A stretch of 43,964 nt of DNA from Eubacteriales bacterium (lineage in GTDB: Bacteria; Bacillota; Clostridia; Oscillospirales; JAAYXM01), in the NCBI GenBank assembly GCA_045614365.1, contig JAZLCV010000102.1, positions 1 through 43,964 on the forward strand, in the 5' to 3' direction. Every line of letters starts with the position of its first letter. Positions within the stretch are counted from its first letter, which is position 1. The notes beneath the pieces were generated by a model. The model had not been told where the DNA came from, did no database searches, and saw nothing but the letters and a program-made list of their open reading frames with translations. Positions 1 to 9,624 of the stretch are shown here, in pieces. Both the position numbers and the translations under genes were made by a program.

Positions 1-1437
1 ACAGGTGGTATTAACCCAATCTGTCATCTTAGCGAGCGGTGACTCACCGTTATCGGTCGGCTCATAAGAATCTACGTCCGGAAGTAAAACGGGAAGCTCG
101 CTCTCGGGAACGGGAACCCAACCGCAGGTCTCACAGTAAACAAGCGGAATCGGCTCGCCCCAGTATCTCTGACGTGAGAATACCCAGTCACGGAGCTTGT
201 AGTTTGTTTTCGGTGTTCCGAGGCCTTCTTTTTCGAGGAACTCGATAATCTTTTTCTTTGCCTCGCTGACTTCAAGACCATCAAGGAATCCGGAATTTAC
301 CATCTTGCCTGTTTCGACATCGGTAAATGCTTCATTCTGGACATCACCGCCGGCGACAACCTCGATAATCGGGAGGTCAAACTTTTTTGCAAAATCCCAG
401 TCACGCGTGTCGTGAGCCGGAACTGCCATAATTGCACCCGTGCCGTAGGACATAAGAACATAGTCGGAAATAAAAATCGGGATCTCCTTGCCGTTTACGG
501 GGTTGATTGCCGAAACGCCCTCAATTTTCGCGCCGGTTTTATCCTTTGCAAGCTCTGTTCGCTCAAAGTCGGACTTCTTTGCAGAAAGCTCTGCATAAGC
601 GCGGACTTCGTCATAGTTCTTTATGATATCCTTCCACTTCTCGACATACGGATGCTCCGGAGAGATAACCATATATGTAGCACCGAAAAGCGTGTCCGGA
701 CGTGTGGTGTATACGGTAAGTGTGTCATCTGCAGTTGTTGCAAACTTAACCTCTGCACCTGTGGACTTACCTATCCAGTTCTTCTGCTGGATTTTTACGC
801 GCTCAATAAAATCAACATCGTCAAGATCGTTGATAAGGCGCTCTGCATACTCGGTAATCTTGAGCATCCACTGGCTCTTTTCCTTGCGGACAACTTCGCT
901 TCCGCAACGCTCACATCCGCCGTTTACAACCTCTTCGTTTGCAAGCACGCACTTACAAGACGTACACCAGTTTACGGGCATCTGCATCTTGTATGCAAGT
1001 CCCTTTTCAAAAAGCTTTAAGAAAATCCACTGTGTCCACTTGAAATAGTTCGGATCTGTGGTGTTGATTTCTCTGTCCCAATCGATAGAATAACCCAGCG
1101 ATGTAAGCTGTGATTTGAAGAATGCAACGTTCTTCTTTGTTACTTCTGCCGGATGGATTTTATGCTGTATAGCATAGTTTTCCGTAGGAAGGCCGAATGC
1201 GTCCCATCCCATCGGGAAAAGGACGTTATAGCCGTCCATACGGCGCTTTCTTGAGATAACGTCAAGCGCGGTATACGGACGCGCGTGACCTACATGCAGA
1301 CCATTACCGGACGGATACGGGAACTCGACAAGCGCAAAGAACTTTTTCTTATCACTGCCGTTTTCAGCGTGGAATGCCTTGGTCTCTTCCCAGCGCTTTT
1401 GCCACTTTTTTTCAATTGCACTAAAATCGTACTTCAT
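1..1437 (-). CDS. leuS: Leucine--tRNA ligase (3'-truncated by window edge)
   Basis: Not in the ORF track (no stop in window). Manual translation from ATG at 1437 gives [16 protein letters not shown]...[14 protein letters not shown] (HIGH motif)...[15 protein letters not shown]...[17 protein letters not shown]; the codons at base 1 are in the same frame. Confidence 0.97.
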   Translation of the reverse strand, partial: MKYDFSAIEKKWQKRWEETKAFHAENGSDKKKFFALVEFPYPSGNGLHVGHARPYTALDVISRKRRMDGYNVLFPMGWDAFGLPTENYAIQHKIHPAEVTKKNVAFFKSQLTSLGYSIDWDREINTTDPNYFKWTQWIFLKLFEKGLAYKMQMPVNWCTSCKCVLANEEVVNGGCERCGSEVVRKEKSQWMLKITEYAERLINDLDDVDFIERVKIQQKNWIGKSTGAEVKFATTADDTLTVYTTRPDTLFGATYMVISPEHPYVEKWKDIIKNYDEVRAYAELSAKKSDFERTELAKDKTGAKIEGVSAINPVNGKEIPIFISDYVLMSYGTGAIMAVPAHDTRDWDFAKKFDLPIIEVVAGGDVQNEAFTDVETGKMVNSGFLDGLEVSEAKKKIIEFLEKEGLGTPKTNYKLRDWVFSRQRYWGEPIPLVYCETCGWVPVPESELPVLLPDVDSYEPTDNGESPLAKMTDWVNTTC

Positions 1438-1450
1438 TTGTAAAACCCCT

Positions 1451-1804
1451 TTACTCTTTTATCATATCGTCAACGGATAAGGCGGTTGCATCTGCCCACA
1501 CCTTGTCAAGCTGATAAAATCTTCTTCCTTCATCTGTAAAAATATGGATTATTATGCTGCCATAGTCCATAAGAACCCACGAGCCGCTGTGTCCTTCAAT
1601 ATGATGTGGCGCAATTCCCGCCTCGTCAAACTTCTGCTCAACGGCTTCTTTGAGCGTGCGCACGTGAGTGTTTGAATTACCCGTGCAGATTATAAAATAT
1701 TCGGACAGAGTTGAGATTTCTTCAATCTTTAAAACGTTTATGTCCAGCGCAAGCTTTGCATCAAGTGCTCCTACCGCGCATTTTACCTGTTCATTTACAT
1801 TCAT
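1451..1804 (-). CDS. rsfS: Ribosome silencing factor RsfS (Iojap)
   Basis: 117 aa; [13 protein letters not shown] and [14 protein letters not shown]...[10 protein letters not shown] motifs; downstream of nadD-yqeK. Confidence 0.95.
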   Translation of the reverse strand: MNVNEQVKCAVGALDAKLALDINVLKIEEISTLSEYFIICTGNSNTHVRTLKEAVEQKFDEAGIAPHHIEGHSGSWVLMDYGSIIIHIFTDEGRRFYQLDKVWADATALSVDDMIKE

Positions 1805-1821
1805 TCGGTTTCCCTCCCTTT

Positions 1822-2793
1822 TTATCTTTTAAACAGATTGAGCTCTTCAATCTGTGTTGTGTACGGATTATAATATTCGTTGATAAGCGCAAGCGCTTCA
1901 TCTTCCTTTGTAAAATAATACGAAAGTCCGTCGTAATAATCGGCATATCCCGGAAGCGTATGCATCTCCACATCTTCTTCAAGGTTCATCGTAAGCATCT
2001 GCTTACCGAGCCATATTCCGTTGCCAAGAGTTAAGTCTGTTTCAAGATTTTCCGTTATTATCCCCGCAAGCTCCGGAATCTTTGCAAAGGTTGAAGGAGT
2101 AAGCATTTTCTTTATAACAGCTTCGACAAAGGTATGCTGAACCTTGATTCTTCCGAGGTCTCCGTCGGCATATGTCGCACGATATCGCATAAATCCCATT
2201 GAGTCGTAGCCGTCAAGCGTCTGCAAACCCTTATCTATATCTATAACAAGATCCTGTGTCGGGTCCTTATAGTGCATATCAATCGGAACATCAACCGTAA
2301 CACCGCCGATAGCATCAATTACGTCTACAAACGCATCCACGGTAACAAGCACGTATTTATCCGGACGGATTCCGGTAACGCTCTGCACCTCATCAAAAAG
2401 CGCATATATATCACCGTCTGACATCGCATAAGCCGCGTTTATCTTCTTTGTGGCACGTCGCGCGTTTATAATTGTATCGCGCGGGATGCTTAAAAGGTTC
2501 ATCTTCTTTTCAATTGTGTCAAAGCTTGCAAGCATAATCGTGTCCGTGCTTCGGCTTGCCGCATCGGTTCCGACAACAAGCATTGTAAATGCACCGTCGC
2601 GGTGCTCACGGTCCATCATTGATATCTTTTCATCGCGGATGACACTGCCGCGGAATGAGGCGCTTACCGGCTCTGCCTCCGGCGGGCGCACTTTATCTAT
2701 CACAAGTGCCGCCGCAACCATAATTGCCGCCGCAATAACCAGAATAGCCGATATTGTATATTTAGCCTTGTTGCTGAGTTTCGTTTTTTTCAT
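1822..2793 (-). CDS. LCP (LytR-CpsA-Psr) family cell-wall glycopolymer transferase
   Basis: N-terminal TM helix; LVVGTD..STDTIML..LLSIPRDT..KINAAY..VIDAIGGV..GDLGRIKVQ. Start placed at ATG 2793; TTG at 2829 is an alternative. Confidence 0.92.
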   Translation of the reverse strand: MKKTKLSNKAKYTISAILVIAAAIMVAAALVIDKVRPPEAEPVSASFRGSVIRDEKISMMDREHRDGAFTMLVVGTDAASRSTDTIMLASFDTIEKKMNLLSIPRDTIINARRATKKINAAYAMSDGDIYALFDEVQSVTGIRPDKYVLVTVDAFVDVIDAIGGVTVDVPIDMHYKDPTQDLVIDIDKGLQTLDGYDSMGFMRYRATYADGDLGRIKVQHTFVEAVIKKMLTPSTFAKIPELAGIITENLETDLTLGNGIWLGKQMLTMNLEEDVEMHTLPGYADYYDGLSYYFTKEDEALALINEYYNPYTTQIEELNLFKR

Positions 2794-2812
2794 CTTTTGT
2801 GAAACAGTCCTT

Positions 2813-3373
2813 TCAACTGTTGGCGGCAATTTCAGAATTGCGCGCCTTTACCATATTTGCATCAATCTCACAGCCGCGCGAAATAAGCACACGCAGCGTT
2901 GTATCAAAACCCGAAATAAGAGCACGGGACAAATTCTCAAACGCCAGCTTGCGTATATCACAAACCCCGTCAAAGCTTCTTCCCTCTTCCGTCAGGTCTG
3001 CAAGCCAGATTATTTTTTCAAGAAGCGTCATCCCGCTCTTTGCCGTGGTGTGCCAGCGGATTGCACCGCAAACCTCCTCCGGTTCGTCAAACTCACGCCA
3101 TGCAATAATAGCCCCGGAAAAAGCATGGATAATCTTTTCCGAGCGCTGAACCCGGTTCAATATAATGCCGTGCTCATCAACCAAAGAAAGCTGTTTTTCA
3201 TACGGCATTTCCTTTGCTATATCGTGCAAAAGCGCCGCCCTGCGCGCGAGCGGGATATCTGCCCCCCACTTTTCCGCAAGGCGCTCCGCCATATCGACGC
3301 AGCCGAGTGTGTGCTGATAGCGCTTCTCACTCATTACTGATTTTACACGCTTCTCTATCTCTTTTTCTGTCAA
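2813..3373 (-). CDS. yqeK: HD-domain Ap4A hydrolase YqeK
   Basis: KRYQHTLG, AALLHDIAKE, AIRWHTT, EKIIWLADLTEEGR; 4-bp overlap with nadD. Confidence 0.93.
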   Translation of the reverse strand: MTEKEIEKRVKSVMSEKRYQHTLGCVDMAERLAEKWGADIPLARRAALLHDIAKEMPYEKQLSLVDEHGIILNRVQRSEKIIHAFSGAIIAWREFDEPEEVCGAIRWHTTAKSGMTLLEKIIWLADLTEEGRSFDGVCDIRKLAFENLSRALISGFDTTLRVLISRGCEIDANMVKARNSEIAANS

Positions 3374-3987
3374 ATTTTATCACACCCCGAAATTCCGTAA
3401 AGATTTTTTCGGATTATATAATCATAAACCTCCGGAGGCAGGAATTTCTGAAGCTGCTTTCCTTTGCCGCCCGGACGAAGCTCCGTTGATGATACGGTAA
3501 GTGCCGCTACCTCCAGCACACGCGTTTTCGCGCCGTACTTTTCCTTCAGGTGCTCCGAATATGCACGCAGCCTTGTCCTATCGTCATCCTCTCGTGGAAC
3601 TGCCGCAATGCAGGCAAGCGAAAAAATCTCTTCAAAACAAAACCACGTCTCTAAGCTTAAGAACATATCCGTTCCCATAATAAGCCACAGCTCATCATCG
3701 GGATATTTTTTGCGAAGTTCGCGCAAGGTATACACTGTATAGCTTTTCCCCTCGCGCCGGATCTCAATATCGCTTACATCTGCATCAATGCTCTTTGCCG
3801 CAAGCTGTGCCATTTCAAGGCGTTGTGCAGTCGTTGCTGACCCCTCCGCCATTTCTTTATGTGGCGGAGTTCCCGTCGGGATGAAAATCAATTTATCAAG
3901 AAAAAGCTCTTTCTTTGCCGCACATGCGGCGTTTATATGTCCCATATGCGGCGGATTGAACGTTCCGCCCATAAGTCCTATCCGCAT
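3370..3987 (-). CDS. nadD: Nicotinate-nucleotide adenylyltransferase
   Basis: GGTFNPPHMGH, PPHK, SYTVYTL, IMGTD and VSSTELR motifs. Confidence 0.96.
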   Translation of the reverse strand: MRIGLMGGTFNPPHMGHINAACAAKKELFLDKLIFIPTGTPPHKEMAEGSATTAQRLEMAQLAAKSIDADVSDIEIRREGKSYTVYTLRELRKKYPDDELWLIMGTDMFLSLETWFCFEEIFSLACIAAVPREDDDRTRLRAYSEHLKEKYGAKTRVLEVAALTVSSTELRPGGKGKQLQKFLPPEVYDYIIRKNLYGISGCDKI

Positions 3988-4581
3988 TTACAAAACTTCC
4001 TCTAACTTTTCCGCCATAATGCGGAGAGATTTTGCACGGTGGGATATCTCATTTTTTCGCTCCTGCGTCATTTCCGCGGTGGACATTCCTTCTTCGGGAA
4101 CGAAGAAAATCGGATCGTATCCGAATCCTCCCTCACCGTGCGGTGCACGAAGTATCTCACCCTCAATCTCACCTCGGGCTGATATCTCACGCCCGTCGGG
4201 GAATACGCACGTTATTACGGAAACAAAGCGTGCCGCTCTCTTTCCGTCCGGGACATCCTTCATATTTTCAAGAAGATATTCATAGCGTTCTATATCATCG
4301 CGGCATTTATCTCCGCCGTAGCGCGCGGAATACACCCCCGGCTCACCGTTTAGTGCATCGACCTCAAGACCTGAATCGTCCGCTATCGCCGGAAGGTTTG
4401 CAACCTTCATGGCGGCAAGCGCCTTTATACGCGAATTTTCCTCAAACGTGGTTCCCGTTTCCTCGGCATCGGATTCTATCCCCGCCTCGGCAAGCGACAG
4501 CGCACGGACACCGAGCTTTTCAAGAATTGCGCCCATTTCGCGCAACTTCTTTTTATTATTGGTAGCAATTATAAACTCCAT
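3988..4581 (-). CDS. rdgB: Non-canonical purine NTP pyrophosphatase (RdgB/HAM1)
   Basis: ATNNKKK, ADDSGLEVDALNGEPGVYSARY, GFGYDPIF, KNEISHR. Confidence 0.96.
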   Translation of the reverse strand: MEFIIATNNKKKLREMGAILEKLGVRALSLAEAGIESDAEETGTTFEENSRIKALAAMKVANLPAIADDSGLEVDALNGEPGVYSARYGGDKCRDDIERYEYLLENMKDVPDGKRAARFVSVITCVFPDGREISARGEIEGEILRAPHGEGGFGYDPIFFVPEEGMSTAEMTQERKNEISHRAKSLRIMAEKLEEVL

Positions 4582-5493
4582 TTATACCACCTCAAAAAGC
4601 GCATCAACAAAGCCTTCAGCATCAAATTCGGTAAGATCGTCAATCTGCTCACCTACGCCGATATACTTTATCGGAAGACTCATTTCATCGGCAATTGAGA
4701 TAACAATGCCACCCTTTGCCGTGCCGTCAAGCTTTGTGAGGATAATTCCCGAAAGATTTGCAACCTCATTGAACTTTTTCGCCTGAATAAGCGCATTCTG
4801 CCCTGTTGTTGCATCAAGCACAAGGTATGATTCAATATCCGCATCCGGAAGCTCACGCTCAAGCACACGGCGGATTTTTGCAAGCTCATTCATAAGATTC
4901 TGATTATTGTGCAGACGTCCTGCCGTATCGCAGATAAGAACATCCGCTCCTCTTGCACGCGCAGCATTTGCCGCGTCAAAAACCACAGCCGCAGGGTCTG
5001 CCCCCTCGGCATGGCGGATGATATCCGCGCCCGATCGTTTTGCCCAGATGTCAAGCTGTTCTCCTGCCGCGGCACGGAAGGTATCTCCTGCCGCAAGAAC
5101 AACACGCTTGCCCTCTGCAATATACCTTGATGCAAGCTTGCCTATCGTTGTAGTCTTTCCCACTCCGTTAACGCCTACAATAAGAATTGCCTTCTGCTTT
5201 GTTGCGGTTTCTTCCTTCACATTTTCAGTGAGAATATCAAGAAGAGTTGCTTTAAGCTCTGAAAGAATTGCATCCGCATCGTAAAGCTTTTTCTCCTTTA
5301 CGCTTTCGCGCAAAGTATCAGTGACCTTCATCGCGGTTGAAACACCAAGATCCGCCATGATAAGCGTTTCTTCAAGCTCTTCAAGCATTTCCTCACGGTC
5401 GGACGAAAAGCTCCGAACAATACTCGCAAGCTGATTTCCAACTGCCGCACGCGTTTTTGCAAGCCCTTTTTTTATTTTATCGAATAATCCCAT
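4582..5493 (-). CDS. ftsY: Signal recognition particle receptor FtsY
   Basis: [35 protein letters not shown]; follows smc. Confidence 0.97.
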   Translation of the reverse strand: MGLFDKIKKGLAKTRAAVGNQLASIVRSFSSDREEMLEELEETLIMADLGVSTAMKVTDTLRESVKEKKLYDADAILSELKATLLDILTENVKEETATKQKAILIVGVNGVGKTTTIGKLASRYIAEGKRVVLAAGDTFRAAAGEQLDIWAKRSGADIIRHAEGADPAAVVFDAANAARARGADVLICDTAGRLHNNQNLMNELAKIRRVLERELPDADIESYLVLDATTGQNALIQAKKFNEVANLSGIILTKLDGTAKGGIVISIADEMSLPIKYIGVGEQIDDLTEFDAEGFVDALFEVV

Positions 5494-5548
5494 TTAAAAA
5501 ACCTCTTGAAAATTTCTTTAAACCTTAAGGTGTTCGATTCTCCTCAGC

Positions 5549-8500
5549 TTAAGTAAGCTTTACGCCGATTGAACGCTCAACCTCTGAGATGCTGATTGCC
5601 AGCATCTTTGAAACGCCCTTTTCCTGCATTGTTACGCCGTAAAGAGTGTCTGCCTCTTCCATCGTTCCGCGACGGTGCGTGATAACGATAAACTGCGTTG
5701 TAGCAGCAAGACGGCGCAGATACTCGGCATATCTTGCAACGTTTACATCGTCAAGCGCAGCTTCGATTTCGTCGAGCACACAGAAAGGTGTCGGACGTAT
5801 CTTCATAATAGCGAAGTAAAGCGCGATGGCTACAAGCGCACGCTCTCCACCGGAGAGAAGCGTTATGGTCTTGAGCGTCTTGCCCGGTGGCTGGACGCGG
5901 ATTTCAATACCGCAGTTTAAGATATCGCTTTCATCCTCAAGCACAAGCTCTGCCATACCTCCGCCGAATATCTCAGAGAAGGTTTCTCCGAAGTTCTTGT
6001 TGATAACCTTGAACTGTTCTGCAAAAATAGTCTGCATTTCCTCGGTTATTTCGGAAATCATCTTTTCAAGCTCTGTCTTTGCTTTTTCAAGATCTCCGCA
6101 CTGCTTCGTCATAAACTCATAACGCTCGGATACCTTGTCATATTCTTCAATCGCATTGACATTAACATCGCCAAGCTTTCTCATTGCACTCCGAAGCTCG
6201 GATATACGCTTTGTTGCTTCCGGAAGCGACGGAATCTCGACGATATATTTGTCGGCAGTGCCCATTGTAAGCTCATAAGTATCCCAGAGCTTTTCGGTAA
6301 TCTGCTGTTCCTCACGGGCGGCAGATTCCTTCTTCATTTCAAGGCGTGAGCGTTCTTTTTCAAGGTTAAGTATCTCATTGTTTTTTTCCTTGCTTTCCTT
6401 ATCCTTGCGAGTGCGCTCGGCCTCAAGTGAGAGGCGCGCCTCTGCAATACCTGAAATCTGCTTTTCTATGCTCTCTTTATTCCTGCGGCGCTCTTCAGCC
6501 TCAGTTTTCTTCTCCGCAATGTTTCCGGCAAGAGCTTCATTTTCCGCCTCAATAGTACGGATGCTCTGCTCTTTTACTTCGCGGTCTCCCGCAAGCGCGT
6601 CGGAAAGCTTCTCGATTTCCTCGCGTGCGCGCACGGCTTCTGCTGCCTCTGCGCGGATAGCCGCAAGAGCCGCTGTCTTCTCTGCCATTTTCTCGGCAAG
6701 CTCTGTTTTGCGGGTTGCAAGCTCCGCGTTTCCGGCAATAAGTGCCCCTTCTTCTTTGCGGAGAGACGCAAGTTCTTTTTCCTTTTCGGCTATACATTCA
6801 CTCGTCGTCTGCATAATGCGCCCGGACTGGCTTTTCTTTCCCGCAAGAGACGTAAGCTCTTCACTGAGAGAGTCGATAAGCTCATTTAAATGACGGTGAA
6901 GCATTTTATAATGCTCAATTTCCGTTTCAGCCTTAAGAAGAATGTCCTCACAAGCTCTCTTATCGTTGCGGCAGACCTCCATTTCATAGGTAAGCGCATT
7001 GTACTCGCGCTCAGCCTCTGCCTTTTCTGCATTTGCCGCATCAATCTTCCCTGCAAGCGAAGAAATCCCTGCTTCTATCTTTTTAATCTCATTCGTTCTG
7101 GTAAGTATTCCGGAGGTTTTGTTCACGCTACCGCCGGTGTACGTACCGCCCGAATTTATTATCTGCCCGTCAAGCGTAACTATACGGAAGCTGTAGCCGT
7201 ATTTTTTCGCAAGCGCAGATGCACTGTTTATGTTGTCGCATACGGCGATTTTTCCGAGAAGATAGCGGATCGCCGGAGAAAACTTTTCATCATATTCCAC
7301 AAGATCCGATGCAAGACCAACAAAGCCCGCCTGCTCGGAAAGACCTTTCTGCGCAAGCTCGCTTCCCTTCACGGTGTCAATCGGCATAAAGGTTGCACGG
7401 CCGCCGTCGGTACGCTTGAGATACGCAATCGCCTCTTTTGAATCGCGCTCAGACGCGACGATTACGTTCTGGAGAGCACCGCCGAGTATAGTTTCAATTG
7501 CAATGGTATATTTTTCCGGAACGCGGATAAGCTGAGAAACCGTTCCGTATATTCCGCCTAAACTTCCCGCATCCTTCGCCTTCATTATGTTTTTTACGGC
7601 ATACGAATATCCCTGAAGATCGCGCTCCATTTCACGAAGCATACGAAGCCTGTTTTCAAGCGACTCACGGTCAAGCAACAGCTTTCCGCAGCTTTCCTTT
7701 AATCGCTCAAACCGTTCTCCACGGGATTTGTACTTCATTTCAAAGCCGTTTAACATATTCTCCGCGCTTGAGCACTTTTCCTGTGCCGCGGAAAATTCTT
7801 CTTTAACAACGGCATACTTCTTTTTTGATTCCGCAAGCTCTGCTTCACGCGTCCGAAGCTCTTCCTCAATATCGGTGCGGCGTGCGTCGAAGCCGGATAT
7901 CTCTGCCTCGGATGCTGACATAGCAATGCGTAGCTTGCTTATATCATCCTCACACATACGCTCGCGCAGACGAATATCGTCAAGGCTTGCCTCGGCTGAC
8001 TCGCTTTTACCGGTCGCCGCCTCGGCAGCAGAGCGAAGCTGTTCAATATTCCTTTCTATTTCTCGGGCAGACTCTTCAAGCTCTTCCACCCTGTCGTTTC
8101 TCGACTTTATCTGTGCGGCAATATCCTCCGCGCGGGTTGTTTCGTCATTTATTTCGGCACGGATACGTTCGATATTCTTTATGTTGTTGGCAACGGTTGC
8201 TTCAAGCGTTGCAATCTCGCTTTGGGTTTCGTGGATTTCGCGCTCGGCTTCGCGCTCGCTCTCACGCGCACCTTCCGCCTCGATATCCTTCTCACGCATT
8301 TTCTCGGCAAGTGCTTCAACCTCTGCATAAAGGTTTTCAAGCGCAGCCTTTGACGAATCAAACTGCGCACACACAACCTCATAATCGTTTATGTATTTCT
8401 GAGCATTTTCCTTTGCACGGGCAAGGTTTTCCGTCCATACAGTAACCTCAAGGCCACGGAGCTCGTCAAATATTTTTATGTATTCCTTTGCCTTTTCTGC

Positions 8501-9124
8501 CTGAATTTTCAGCGGACCGACCTGCGCCTCAATTTCCGTGAGAATATCACGCAGACGGATAAGATTTTCCTCTGTCGATGCAAGTTTGCGCTCCGATTCC
8601 TCCTTGCGGTGGCGGAACTTTGAAATACCCGACGCTTCCTCGAAAATTTCACGGCGGTCACCACTTTTGGCGGAGAGGATTTCATCAATACGCCCCTGAC
8701 CGATGATAGAATAACCATCACGCCCAAGCCCCGTATCCATAAACATCTCATTTATATCGCGCAAACGGACAGAGCTTCGGTTGATGTAATACTCGCTTTC
8801 ACTCGAGCGATAAAGACGGCGGGTAACGGTAACCTCGTTATACTCACACGGGAGAACACCGTCTGAGTTGTCAATCGTCAGCGATACCTCGGCAAATCCG
8901 ACCGCACTTCTCTTCTGAGTTCCCGCGAAAATAACGTCCTGCATATTGCTTCCGCGAAGCGTACGGGTGGACTGCTCGCCCAGAACCCAGCGCACAGAGT
9001 CGGAAATATTAGACTTTCCGCTGCCGTTAGGTCCGACGATAGCCGTTATGCCGTCGCCGAAAGATATAACGGTTTTGTCCGGGAATGATTTAAATCCCTG
9101 AAGTTCAAGACTTTTTAAGCGCAA
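5549..9124 (-). CDS. smc: Chromosome segregation protein SMC
   Basis: GFKSF, GPNGSGKSN Walker A, coiled coils, hinge, LSGGE signature, LDEIEAALD. The start is likely TTG at 9124, because the track's GTG at 9133 is part of the AGGAGGTG RBS. Confidence 0.97.
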   Translation of the reverse strand: MRLKSLELQGFKSFPDKTVISFGDGITAIVGPNGSGKSNISDSVRWVLGEQSTRTLRGSNMQDVIFAGTQKRSAVGFAEVSLTIDNSDGVLPCEYNEVTVTRRLYRSSESEYYINRSSVRLRDINEMFMDTGLGRDGYSIIGQGRIDEILSAKSGDRREIFEEASGISKFRHRKEESERKLASTEENLIRLRDILTEIEAQVGPLKIQAEKAKEYIKIFDELRGLEVTVWTENLARAKENAQKYINDYEVVCAQFDSSKAALENLYAEVEALAEKMREKDIEAEGARESEREAEREIHETQSEIATLEATVANNIKNIERIRAEINDETTRAEDIAAQIKSRNDRVEELEESAREIERNIEQLRSAAEAATGKSESAEASLDDIRLRERMCEDDISKLRIAMSASEAEISGFDARRTDIEEELRTREAELAESKKKYAVVKEEFSAAQEKCSSAENMLNGFEMKYKSRGERFERLKESCGKLLLDRESLENRLRMLREMERDLQGYSYAVKNIMKAKDAGSLGGIYGTVSQLIRVPEKYTIAIETILGGALQNVIVASERDSKEAIAYLKRTDGGRATFMPIDTVKGSELAQKGLSEQAGFVGLASDLVEYDEKFSPAIRYLLGKIAVCDNINSASALAKKYGYSFRIVTLDGQIINSGGTYTGGSVNKTSGILTRTNEIKKIEAGISSLAGKIDAANAEKAEAEREYNALTYEMEVCRNDKRACEDILLKAETEIEHYKMLHRHLNELIDSLSEELTSLAGKKSQSGRIMQTTSECIAEKEKELASLRKEEGALIAGNAELATRKTELAEKMAEKTAALAAIRAEAAEAVRAREEIEKLSDALAGDREVKEQSIRTIEAENEALAGNIAEKKTEAEERRRNKESIEKQISGIAEARLSLEAERTRKDKESKEKNNEILNLEKERSRLEMKKESAAREEQQITEKLWDTYELTMGTADKYIVEIPSLPEATKRISELRSAMRKLGDVNVNAIEEYDKVSERYEFMTKQCGDLEKAKTELEKMISEITEEMQTIFAEQFKVINKNFGETFSEIFGGGMAELVLEDESDILNCGIEIRVQPPGKTLKTITLLSGGERALVAIALYFAIMKIRPTPFCVLDEIEAALDDVNVARYAEYLRRLAATTQFIVITHRRGTMEEADTLYGVTMQEKGVSKMLAISISEVERSIGVKLT

Positions 9125-9203
9125 ACAATCCACCTCCTCTTTTATGAAAATTTGAAAGTTAAAAATTAAAAATCATTTTATATGTACGCAAATATACTAT
9201 TAT

Positions 9204-9232
9204 ATTTTATCAATTTTTACATCATTTTGCAA
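9204..9232 (-). promoter_or_regulatory. Sigma-A-type promoter of smc operon
   Basis: Minus strand TTGCAA-N17-TAAAAT with TG extended -10. Confidence 0.65.
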
Positions 9233-9378
9233 GAAATATTTTTCAAAAAACGCAAAAAAATGTTTTTATCCGGCAAAAGTGCGTTTTCAGGCTCAGGCGG
9301 ACACTTATTGCGTGTAACGCCGCGGACTTTCCGGGCATAAAGTAAAATGAAAAACCACATTTCGGGAGTGAACTTTAT

Positions 9379-9618
9379 ATGCACGGAAAAATCCGTCTTT
9401 GTGATATGTGTCCCGGGCAAACCGGATGTGTCTTTTCCCTGTCGGAGGAAAGCAGTATTTCGGGGCGCCTTCGCGATCTCGGACTGATCAAAGGAACGAG
9501 GGTGGAGTGCGTTTTGAAAAGCCCGCTCGGTGACCCTACGGCATATCTTATCCGCGGCGCACTTATCGCCCTGCGCCGGGATGATGCAAAATATGTTCTT
9601 ATTGAAAGGAAGAGGTGA
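9379..9618 (+). CDS. feoA: Ferrous iron transport protein A
   Basis: RLRDLGLIKGT..SPLGDPTAYLIRGALIALR; directly upstream of feoB. Confidence 0.93.
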   Translation: MHGKIRLCDMCPGQTGCVFSLSEESSISGRLRDLGLIKGTRVECVLKSPLGDPTAYLIRGALIALRRDDAKYVLIERKR

Positions 9619-9624
9619 TTTTAA

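Noticed and set aside
39-1048. Track ORFs 39..248, 72..284, 412..1020, 623..1048
   Set aside because: Shadow frames of leuS, which covers 1-1437 on the minus strand.
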